Part shown: positions 38,592 through 51,400 of the stretch, piece after piece
Numbering within the stretch: the first letter of the stretch is position 1
Layout: each line of letters starts with the position of its first letter
From: Owenia fusiformis
Lineage: Eukaryota
Reading direction: 5' to 3'
Assembly: GCA_903813345.2 (NCBI GenBank)
Contig: CAIIXF020000001.1
Location: 3,410,001-3,474,000 of the forward strand
DNA: 64,000 nt
Program-made: the position numbers and the translations under genes
Notes under the pieces: generated by a model
Told to the model about the DNA's origin: nothing
Seen by the model: only the letters and a program-made list of their open reading frames with translations
The model's database searches: none

Positions 38592-39456
38592 TATTTGCTG
38601 TTTTAAGCTGTTTATCCGAGAAACCAGTCCAGTTAGGGTATAATAATATTATAAGCTACTAGCTTTTTATAAATGCTTCAAACAGTTCATTGTATTCATA
38701 ATGTTCTGGCCATATTTTAGAGCTACATTTCCAAAGTGACTAAATCACATTTCTGACCACATTCAGCCCATTACTATTGACCAGTTTGGTGTATTAACTC
38801 AAGGCTCACCGACACATTACCTTATATAGTCACAGCTCAAAGTCACTACCTTATATAGTCACACCACATCAAACTGAATCAATTTTGTCAGTTTGTCATA
38901 TTAATTGCACAGTGTGGCATATTATTCCCGTCACAACAGACCAGCCTGTCATCTTTACTATCAGGTAAATCAATAATACCAGTCTATCATATTGATTGAC
39001 CAGTCTACCATATTACCGAAATCGTAACAGTCCATTCTGTCATCTTAATTAACTATCAAGTCAATTATAAAACCAGTATGTCATATTAACTTACCAATGT
39101 CACCATATTTATGACCTCAGTCATAACTTGCATGTCACCTTAACCATGTCACCTTAACCAGTCAATTTATAACTTACCAATGCTCCCAATATGAACCAAC
39201 CACTTGGTAAAATAAGCCATTCAGTACGTCACATTAACTGATCCATCTTATCATACTAGTACCCAACCAGTGTGTTAAACAAGTCACCCATTTAGTCATA
39301 TTCTGAACTTTAAAACTAAATATGACTGAACTGACGTGTCTGATCAATCCGATACATTCATCTTGGGGGAAGCACCATAGTTGTAAAATCACATCACTCT
39401 GATCCTGTCTATCAACTTTGAGCTCTTTATCCAAGTAATACAGTTCAAATTCCAAA

Positions 39457-42400
39457 TCATGCTTCATTGTCATGTACAAAAAGCATCTCAGATTTGCCAA
39501 GTCCAGCTTCAATAAATGTGGGTGCTTCACTAGAGTTACACAGTAATGTTTTCCGTGGAAAGTTAGTCATTATTTGAAAGTCATCTGGAGCGTCATCGTG
39601 ACAGAGGACATAGTTGTATAAGCACTGAAATGACAGGGAATACTATGTTGTAATTAATGAAACTACAGGGATCACTGTGTTGTAAGCACTGAAACTACAA
39701 GGAACATTATGTTGTAATTAATGAAACTACAGGGATCACTGTGTTGTAAGCACTGAAACTACAGAGAACACTATGTTGTAAGCACTGAAACTACAGGGAA
39801 CACTATGTTGTAAGCACTGAAACTACAGGGAACACTATGTTGTAAGCACTGAAACTACAGGGAACACTATGTTGTAAGCACTGGAACTACAGGAAAAACT
39901 ATGTTGTAAGCACTGAAACCACAAAGAAAACTATGTTGTAAGCACTGAAACTACAAGGAACACTATGTTATAAGCACTGAAATAACAGGGAACACTATGT
40001 TGTAAGCACTGAAACTACAAGGAACACTATGTTATAAGCACTGAAATTACAGGGAACACTATGTTGTAAGCACTGAAACTACAAGGAACACTATGTTATA
40101 AGCACTGAAATTACAGGGAACACTATGTTATAAGCACTGAAACTACAAGGAACACTATGTTATAAGCACACTGAAACTACAAGGAACACTATGTTGTAAC
40201 ACTGAAACTGCAAGGGAACACTATGTTATAAGCACTGAAATAACAGGGAACACTATGTTGTAAGCACTGAAACTACAAGGAACACTATGTTATAAGCACT
40301 GAAACTACAAGGACACTATGTTATAAGCACACTGAAACTACAAGGAACACTATGTTGTAAGCACTGAAACTACAAGGAACACTATGTTATAAGCACACTG
40401 AAACTACAAGGAACACTATGTTATAAGCACTGAAAGTACAAGGAACACTTTGTTATAAGCACTGAAATTACAGGAAACACTATGTTGTAAGCACTGAAAC
40501 TACAAGGAACACTATGCTGTAAGCATTGAAACTACAAGGAACACTATGTTGTAAGCACTGAAACTACAAGGAACACTATGTTATAAGCACTGAAACTACA
40601 AGGAACACTATGTTATAAGCACTGAAATTACAGGGAACACTATGTTGTAAGCACTGAAACTACAAGGAACACTATGTTGTAAGCACTGAAACTACAAGGA
40701 ACACTATGTTATAAGCACTGAAATTACAGGGAACACTATGTTGTAAGCACTGAAACTACAAGGAACACTATGTTATAAGCACTGAAATTACAGGGAACAC
40801 TATGTTGTAAGCACTGAAACTACAAGGAACACTATGTTATAAGCACTGAAACTACAAGGAACACTATGTTGTAAGCACTGAAACTACAAGGAACACTATG
40901 TTATAAGCACTGAAATTACAGGGAACACTATGTTGTAAGCACTGAAACTACAAGGAACACTATGTTTTAAGCACTGAAATAACAGGGAACACTATGTTGT
41001 AAGCACTGAAACTACAAGGAACACTATGTTATAAGCACTGAAACTACAAGGAACACTATGTTATAAGCACACTGAAACTACAAGGAACACTATGTTGTAA
41101 GCACTGAAACTACAGGGAACACTATGTTGTAAGCACTGAAATAACAGGGAACACTATGTTATAAGCACTGAAACTACAAGGAACACTATGTTATAAGCAC
41201 ACTGAAACTACAAGGAACACTATGCTGTAAGCACTGAAACTACAAGGAACACTATGTTATAAGCACACTGAAACTACAAGGAACACTATGCTGTAAGCAC
41301 TGAAACTGCAAGGGAACACTATGTTGTAAGCACTGAAATAACAGGGAACACTATGTTGTAAGCACTGAAACTACAGGGAACACTATGTTGTAAGCACTGA
41401 AACTACAGGGAACACTATGTTGTAAGCACTGAAATAACAGGGAACACTATGTTATAAGCACTGAAACTACAAGGAACACTATGTTATAAGCACACTGAAA
41501 CTACAAGGAACACTATGTTATAAGCACTGAAACTGCAAGGGACACTATGTTGTAAGCACTGAAACTGCAAGGGAACACTATGTTGTAAGCACTGAAACAG
41601 AACACTATGTTGTAAACACTGAAACTACAGGGAACACTATGTTGTAAGCACTGAAATAACAGGGAACACTATGTTGTAAGCACTGAAACTACAGGGAACA
41701 CTATGTTGTAAGCACTGAAACTACAGGGAACACTATGTTATAAGCACACTGAAACTACAAGGACACTATGTTATAAGCACACTGAAACTACAAGGAACAC
41801 TATGTTGTAAGCACTGAAATAACAGGGAACACTATGTTGTGATCACTGAAACTACAAGGAACACTATGTTGTGATCACTTAAACTACAAGGAACACTATG
41901 TTGTAAGCACTGAAACTAAAGGGAACACTATGTTGTAAGCACTGAAACTACAGGGAACACTATGTTGTAAGCACTGAAATAACAGGGAACACTATGTTGT
42001 AAGCACTGAAACTACAGGGAACACTATGTTGTAAGCACTGAAACTACATGGAACACTATGTTGTATGCACTGAAACTACATAAACTACGGGGAACATTAT
42101 GTTGTTAGAACTGAATTTACAGAAATCTTTATTTTGGAAGCACTGATAATACATAACGCTATGTTGAAGCATTTTTGTTGAGTTAGTAGAAACACATTCA
42201 TGTTGTAATTAGGCGTTTAATCATAGGGAATGCTAAAAGCTGTCAAAACCTTAATCATAGGGAGCTCTACATTATTATAACGTATACTAGTACAAGAAAT
42301 ATTGATTGCAAGATGACTGCAATAAAGTCAAATAAACAAATAACATGTCTATATTTCTAACAATAACAATCAACCAGTGCAGTACTCATCTGAGAGCAGG

Positions 42401-45400
42401 CCATCTATAAGTCACCCAAATAATCATCTCTACATGTATATACAGGGTGGTCAAAAAAATGGAAACCCTGCATTTTCCTTATATCTTTGTCACTTTAAGG
42501 ATTTACTCCCTGATATTTCACACATTTGTACATCATTCAATTTCCTACCACCCTACCACATTTCATGACCATCAGACTGATAGTCACAATTTTACAGCAC
42601 TTTGAATAACATGCTTCAGATTTGACCATTATCGCGCTGTAGGCAAAACAGCACAGTTGTCAATGAGCCAAATGCATTCCTCAGCAGGTATGGCCTGAAT
42701 GACACGAATGGTCTCACTTTTAAGGTCTGCTATTGCCCTGAGGTCATTCTCATACACACTATCTTTGTCGTTTACCCACAAGTAGGGACATTTTAGACGA
42801 TGAGTACAGGTTTCCCCACAACGCAATAGTGGCCACTGGGCATGTTCTTTAAAGTACTGTAACATTGTGACTATCAATCTGATGGTCATGAAATAAGTAG
42901 GCCGGTAGCAAATTGAATGATGTACAAAAGTGTAAAATATCAGGGAGTTATTTTTTAAAATAACAAAGATACGAGGAAAATGGTAATAGGGTTTCCATTT
43001 TTTGACCACCCTGTAACTGCCAAGTGACTTACCTGCAAGGAATGATTTCTATTGAATCGTCTTTCAACACGTGACCCTGATGGCAGCTTCAGCAGTATCC
43101 TGATAGCATCGGGATCATCTGCAGCCGGCTCTTCTGGAATACTGCAACGTAACTCTGCTTTTTTCGCCTCAATTTCCTGTAAGTTAAACCCAGAATTAAA
43201 AAATACATAATAATGACATGCAATACAATGCTATATATCTACCAAAAATCTGGATAACCCCTAATTGAAAAGAAAATTCTAGAATGACAAGGTAAATTCG
43301 AAATTTTTCAACTGGACACAAACCACGAGCCTTACACACATGTACTGCTAGGTCTGGCCTATTTAAATCTAATAAACCAGCATCATCTATATAAACAGAG
43401 ATAATAGAACTCTGCGCTATAAAAATGCAAAATTCTGCAAGCCAAAATGTGAAATTCTGCAAAAATTCTGCATTTTATCAAAACATTTTTTTCAAAATAG
43501 TGTGAAATTCAAAATAAAGCTACCATATTTTTCTAATGTGTACATGTATTTGAACAACAGATATATTTAGTAACAATATAGAGATGAAATATTGGCCAGG
43601 AGCAATAGAAAACGCATAGGCTAAGATCGATAGAAATAATTTTAAGTAAAGATGACATGGTAATTGATCTGTGTTTATTTATTTTGTGACTCACACTAGG
43701 TGTTCCTTACAAAGCAACCTCAATAAATCGCTACAAAAGAGAGCAACAAATGATTCAAACGATCTACAAGGACCTAAAACAAGGCTAGGTAAGCTTTCAG
43801 TTCAAATTTTGTTCTCAAAGCATGAATTCCGCGAAAATCAACAGAAATTCTATATTCTGCAAATCGCAAAATTCTACATTTTTTTCTGCTGCACCGCGGA
43901 AAAACAGAATTCTAGTATAGTATCTCTGTATAAAGTACAAGTTTAGATTTGATAAATAAAGCACTTACTTTTCAGCAAGCTATTTATCAAAGCGTGATTA
44001 CATTCAAAACGTTGTAGTTCAGCACAAGAATGACTACAATTTAAACCACAATGGAAAATCATTATGTTTTAACATTATCACATGATTTAATATATCCGTT
44101 ATCAAACCTGTAATCTTTGCTCTGCTTCCTCTTGCTTTAGTTTCTCCTCTTCCTCTGCCTTCTCCACCATTTCTTGCTCTTCCTTCTTCTTACGAGCCTT
44201 AATAAACCAATAGAATATTAATACATTTACATCACATGGAGCACACTGTAAAATCATACAGCATTAACATGCAAAATGTCACCACCTGCAATTTGTCACA
44301 AACGCCAAAATGCAAGAAGCTGGCGAAGCTGTCACAAAATGTAAGCTATAACAATATGTCAGCACTTGTGGTGGTGACATACAAAACAAAGTTTAATATC
44401 TTCCTAAAATTGTGACATTTAGGTATAATGGTAACTTATGACTACATTTAATATGAGCTACCTTTTCTTGGTCTGCCTTTAGAGATTCTAGATAAGCTAC
44501 GTCCTGCTCCTGCCTTAGGCTCTGGTTGAAACTTCTCTCATCCCTAACAAATGAAATATATTATCTCATTTAACATAATACATGTTTCTTTACATACACT
44601 TTTAACACAAATTGTGTATTATATTTCTTTATTTTTCAATGCCTTAAAAGTTATTTAAAAAAAAATTGAAGCCGTTAAAACTTGGGGCCTTTTAGCTCCT
44701 AATCTTAAATTAAGACTCACCTATCGGCTCTAACTGCAACAAGGTAGCCTTCGTTATCATTCATGCATCTTGTCACCCTGGTTACTAACTGGGCTGCATC
44801 TATTGGACCTTCTAATCTTGCGACAACTGTCATTCTATTCTCACGTAACACTATTAGGGCCAGGAAGGGGTATGTGTTTTCTCGAAGTGCTTGAGATACT
44901 GAAACAGACACATTGATATGTTTGTTGTTCTTCATTGTGGTAAGTTTACATTAATCAACCCAGCCCATATGGGTATTAGGGTTTCCACGGTTCGCTATTT
45001 TCCCCACACATGTATATCAACCAATCATTAAACATGTATTGGGGAAAATTGGTAGAATAAACTAGAAAAACAGCAACTCAAAGGAGAAGCAAATCCAACC
45101 AAACAATTCTTATTATTGAATTTGGAGGCCATGAACATTTCTTCTTGATCAGAGATTGTTAACCTATAAAGCATTTTTATATAAATTATAACCAAAGCTG
45201 AAAAGACTAACAGACAGACAAATAAATGGATGGCTTTTCTATATCCCTATACAAACTTTGTTAACATGTTCACATTTCTAATCAAACAGCAACAAATTAC
45301 ACACCAACTGCAACAGACTAGCCATATTTTTGGGTAGGGACAACAAGGAGTCCAACTATGAATATAAGTGAACAATAAGTGATAACAATGTCACTTAGTA

Positions 45401-48400
45401 TGAGTTTCATAATTGAGTGAGAAAATTCTTTTCAGGAACCCATACCATCAACATTGCACTTGGTTACAACACGACTGTACAACAAGCACCTGTATGTAAT
45501 GCTAATGTACCACAAGCCCAAGCTGCTGGTGGCCCATATCTCCAATATGCAGAAAAACCAAAACTTTGAATAATCAAGGAACTTAATCATTGGACACAAA
45601 CAAAAAATGGAATCACTGATTTAAAAACATAAATTGTCGAAAAATAATTGTGGTCAATTAAATGATGGGAATATATACCAGGATACAGATATCGAAAATG
45701 ACATTCATGAAAGAAAAACATGAATTAATCTTACTTTTGTTTAAGGCTAAATATATGAGTGTTTAGATGATGTTGATATCCCAAAAACAAATGTCAGTAG
45801 GCTACATGTGATTGCTCAAAGTCCACACATAAGTGCTCTGAATGAAATGTTCAGGTATTTATGAATTGTGAACACAAACGCTTTGTAAATACCATAAAGA
45901 ATATATCGTCAAAAGGCGAATAATATAAAAAATCACAATAATAAAAGTTAATTTATCATTAACCAAAGCTCACACTACACTTGATTCTACAAAGAAATTT
46001 GACTTCCTGTTTCTACCGCACCTGAGCCTTGTTGCTTAAATACTGTATAACACGTTGATTGGGGGGGGGCAATTTTTGTGGATTTAGATATTTGTTTCTT
46101 TTCATGTATTTTTAAATCTTTTTTTCACAATGTAATGAACAATTTTAAATTCGCAGACTTACCAATTTCACACACATGCGAATATACGCGTACATGAATT
46201 AAATGTGTTTTACAGTAGCTTATTTGCATGACAACCATCCTAAACTTAAACCAATTGACAACATATTCACATAAATAAGAGATGTCAATATATCATTACT
46301 TCAATGTTAACAACAGTAGGTGATTCAAAGGGATCTAACCAGGAGAATAACAGGACGGTAAGCAAATTCTTTTCAGTAGCATTGATTTTTCTTTCATTCA
46401 TTACTTTTTGACTTGTCTTTTTCTTATTCCCGTTTTATTTAATACATATATATTGTAGAAGTATCAGAATATTTAATAACATAAACAGCTTATTTTGAAA
46501 AATAATTTTTAGCACATCAGGTAAAATCAATTCCTGGTTCAGTCAATTTCATTCTGAAAAATATTTGGCTGAGTGTTCCACGACTCATTCTTAAAATGGG
46601 GAGTACTTGAATGTCTCTTTGTAACAGCACACATAAATTGAGTGTGCATGTGAAAGATGATCAATTGTAATCACAAGTTAGTGTATTGTCATAGCTGATG
46701 ACATTGTTCAGCGTAGTTACTAAAGTGCCCATTGTTGCAACGAATCAAGAGAATTATTATATCTTAGGGAGTAAACATGCAGAACGAGGTTCAACAAAAC
46801 GTGGTTGGCTATCAGCCTGACCAGCAAGTTATTTACACCATTCAAGCCCCACGCCCCAGTGGTAGAGTTGAACAATTCAATGGAAAAGCAGCAACCATAA
46901 TAGGATCCATCATGATTGGGTTAGGGATCCTATCTATTATTCTAGGGGGTGTAGCTATTGTATTAAAGGTAGCATCATATTCCGTTGGTACAGGAATCTG
47001 GTGCGAACTTTGTGTAAGTACATAGTATATATTTTCAGTGCTACTAAATATATCTGACTGTCTTTTCCAATGATAGTTAAGTTTCCCTACACGAGAGCTT
47101 CATCTACAAATGCACAAGGCTGACACTCATATCAAACATCTGTTTGTCCATCCATTCGTTAGTGTGTCCAGGCAAAAACTCAAATACTGGTTGACAGATT
47201 TGGTTCAAATTTTATAGGCTTATGCTTTATGAGTGTAGGACCTCTGCTAGAAGAAATGTGGTCACTCGACCAGTATACGGATTTGGTTTATTTTCTGATA
47301 TATTTGTCAACCACAAATGGCGTGAGTGGGATTTTATTCATATTGGAATTTGGTAAAATGTAATCACGCCCGGTGATCGTGAATATGGGACGGAGGGGGG
47401 AGCAGGCAATTTCTGCTAGGAAATTCAACAAATCTGGAAGATTTATTTTTTCAAGAAAAAGTTTACTATTGAATTGATCAATGGATAGGCGCACGGTATG
47501 GTAGAATATGTTAGGTTTTCTGGGATTTTTTCTGAAACGATACGCATCTAAGGTATGAGATCTATTAAAAAAGCGCAAGGACATCAACAGGCACAAATCA
47601 ATGTTTTTGCTATAAATCAAGCAACAATGGTCTGGACGACCTGTAATAAATACTTGTAAGTGATGTTATCATAACTAAATTAATGTCATTGCTGAATTTA
47701 TAAAACAAGTTTCCATATGTGAAATAAAAAATAATCGAAAATAATGAATTTGGGACGGAGGGGGGGAGGGGATGGAGGGGGGGGGAGCAATATGTATATA
47801 AGACATGATTAGAGCTGTTTCGCGACTTTAAGTTCTTTTACTCCAAATATCCCCATTTTTCAGTCTCCAGGGGTATATCATCCAGTTTCTTACTAAGTTA
47901 ATGAGTTCATTTTTCAAATACAAGAATTCGTGTGAAGTTGTTTCACTTTATAGAATTATTACTCCCCCCCCTCCATCCCCTCCCCCCTCCGTCCCATTTT
48001 AATTATTTTCGATTATTTTTTATTTTACGTATGGAAACTTATTTTATAAATTCAGCAATGACATTAATTTAGTTATGATGACATCACTTACAAGTATTTA
48101 TTACAGGTCGTGTAGTCCATTGTTGCTTGATTTATAGCAAAAACTTTGACTTTTGCACGTTGGTTGCGTTGCGCCTTTTTTAATAGATCTTATATCTTAA
48201 GGATGCAGTACCAGGTCAGCGTAGAAAAAGTTCCAGACATTAGATTTTGCTCATATTTTTTACATTGTATCACTATGATGTTATCATCATCCAAGTGCAA
48301 TATGAAGAGGATTGACCGTCTGGTAATTACAAAATAAAAAAATTATTTTACCCACCCAAAATGAATCTTTTTACTTTTTTGAGTTAATAGAGCTGGCACC

Positions 48401-51400
48401 TTTCGAACCCTAGTTTTCGTATCCACTAATTGCGACTCAAGATCAAGTTTTCCCATAAAAGTGAAAGGGATAAAATATGCTTGATAAAATGTTTGCAATT
48501 TAATTCTTTTCTGGAAACACCATTATCGAAATAAACTATAATTTTTGAATAAGACTAAATGCGAAAATGACGTTCTTGGGAGCCAGCTTTCTCAAACCGG
48601 AAGTCAAACCTGCGCAAACAGACGTGAAAACCGACCCGGTACTGCATCCTTAAAAGAGTATCGGTTGAAAAATAATCCTAGAATACCTAACATATTTTAT
48701 CATACCGTGCGCTTATTCAATTTGCAATTCAATCGTAAACTCTGTCTTGAAAAAATAATTTTACCAGATTTGTTGAATTTTCTAGCGGAAATTGCCTGCT
48801 CCCCCCCTCCGTCCCATTTTCACGATCACCGGGCGTGGTAATATTAATGTAATAATAACTAGATTTGTGAAATTGAACAAGTTCAATTTAAGACTCCAGA
48901 TTTATTTTACCTAGATAGATCAGTAAAGAGCTGAGTAAGTAACTGAGTAATTAGCTGAGTAAGTACCTTAGTAGTAGTTGAGTAAGTAGCTGAGTAAGTA
49001 ACTGAGTAAAAAGCTGAGTAGGTAGCTGAGTAAGTAGCTGAGTAAGTACCTGAGTTAGTAGCTGAGTAAGTTGCTAAGTAAGTAATAACTAATTAAGTAA
49101 TTGAGTAAGTAGTCAAATAAGTAGCTGAGTAGGTAGAGAGGTAAAGTAGGGTATGCAGGAATTTTTGAAAATATATTTGATCAATCTGCATCGTGAATAC
49201 TGGCAAGTGCGAATTTCAAACTTCAAAATGGCGTAGAATCTAAACCGGGGGTCGGATTGCAATTTTTGCTACAAGTATACAAAATTTCGGAGAATATCAT
49301 TGAAGTGTAGTATCAGAATCGCAAAATAAGAAAAAACTATGAATTTGACCTAGATTTTTTAAACTAGGTATTTTGGTGTCCAAACTTTGAAGTAAAGTAG
49401 GTTTTGAGGTCCCATTCTTCTATGGGCTTTCATTATGTTTAGCTGTACTCATTCTATATCTCGTATTTTTACACTTCAAAAAATTATTCGGTCCCATTGA
49501 TTTAACATGGGGCACCAAATTTAGCGATTTTTGAGATCTCAAAACACCATAACTTCAGAACAAGTAGTCGGATCGAAATTTGGTTTGCAGATCTAGATTT
49601 CTGAGAAAATTCTACCCTTAATTCATAACTCATACGTTAAATTTGGAAAACTTTTTACTTTGGCCTACTTTTTGGACACCATATCTCAAAAGTGGGTCAA
49701 AATACTTTCTGACGGCAAAACGCTAACACTATAAGCATACTCTTTGCTACCTGTATACAAAATTTTAAATCAAATCATTTAAATATAATGTCAGAATCGC
49801 AAAAATAAGGGAAAACTATAAATTTGACCTAGATTTTGACCTAGGCATTTTGGTGTCCACATTTTGGAGCTAAGTAGCCTTCGAGGTCCCCTTCTTTAAT
49901 AGGCTTTCATTAAATTAAGCTGTACTCAGTCTATATCTTGTATTTTACACTTCAGAAAAATCTTTTTTCCCATTGCCATAACATGGGGCACCAAATTTAG
50001 CGATTTTTGAGCTATCAAAACGACATAAATTCCAAACCAAAAGCCGGATTGAAATTTGGTTTGCAGATTTGGATTCCTGAGAAAATTCTACCCTTAATTC
50101 ATAACTCATACGTTAAATTTGGAGAACTTTTTAGTTTGACCTACTTTTCGGACACCATATCTCAAAAGTGGGTCAAAATACTTCCTGACGGCAAAAGGCT
50201 AACACTATAAGCACACTCTTGGCTACATGTACACAAATTTTCGAAGAATATAATTAATCTGTAGTGTCAGAATCGCAAAAATAAGGAAAAACTTTGAATT
50301 TGACCTAGATTTTGACCTAGGCATTTTGGTGTCCAAATTTTTATGAAAAGAAGGTCTTGTGGTCCCTTTCTTTTATGGGCTTCCATTATGTTTAGCTGTG
50401 CTTAGTCTATATCTCGTATTTTACACTTCAAAAAAATATTTTTTCCCATTGAATTAACATGGGGCACCAAATTTAGCGATTTTTGAATTTTCAAAACGCC
50501 ATAACTTCTGAACCGGAAGTCAGATCGAAATTTGGTTTTCAGATTCGGAATCCTGAGAAAATTTCCCATAAGACTGATATCCTGGACATTGGATTCGGTG
50601 AAATTTTTTTTGGACCTCGTTTTCGGACACTGATATCTCGAAATCGGTTTGAGATACCAAAAAACTAAATCGACCCTAGGTTTTCTCCTTTTTTATGAGG
50701 AACACAATGAAAAAAACCAGGATCAAAAATATTGAAGGACGACCGAGATAATGGGAAAAAGTGACAAAGTACTGGATTTGACCTAGTTCTTGACCTTTGA
50801 CCTAGATAAAAATTTGACCTAATTTCCCATCATCCCAGATACATTCCCTAGTTGATCATGTAAGCAGCTTAAAGTTAGCTCTTCTAGTTGGTGAGAAATC
50901 TTGTAAGGAGGAAGAGGAAGAAAGAATAATAACTAGACTTTGGAAATTGAACAAGTTCAATTTCAGACTCCAGATTAAGACCTTTTTTAGCCGAGTCATC
51001 CAGAATAAGCCGAGTCATCCAGAATAAGCTGAGTCATCCAAAAAAAGATGGATGAATAAAATAGGAAGGTAGGATAGGATAGAATAGGAAGGAACGATAG
51101 GATAGAATAAGAAAGAAGGATAGGATAGAATAAGAAGAAAGGATATGATAGGATAGGATAGGAAGGAAAAGATACGAAGGAAGGATAGATAGGAAGGATA
51201 GGATAGGATCAGATAGGAAGGATGGATGAATTTTTCAATATTTTCTTCTCTACTCTTGACTTTCTATCAGGATACCATCAGATCGATTTCAAAACGCCAT
51301 AACTTCCAAACCGGCAGTCAGATCCAAATTTAGTTCGCAGATTCGGATTCCTGACAAAATTCTTCCCCTAATTCATAACTCATACGTTAAATTTGGAAAC

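Noticed and set aside
39613-42150. 32-bp repeat as a CRISPR array or coding repeat
   Set aside because: There are no unique spacers, the unit length is not a multiple of 3, and stops recur.
45059-45262. Degenerate HINE-like relics (also ~31757, ~47075-47290, ~53560-53792, ~62640-62700)
   Set aside because: Only one end or eroded motifs are visible, so boundaries are not supportable.
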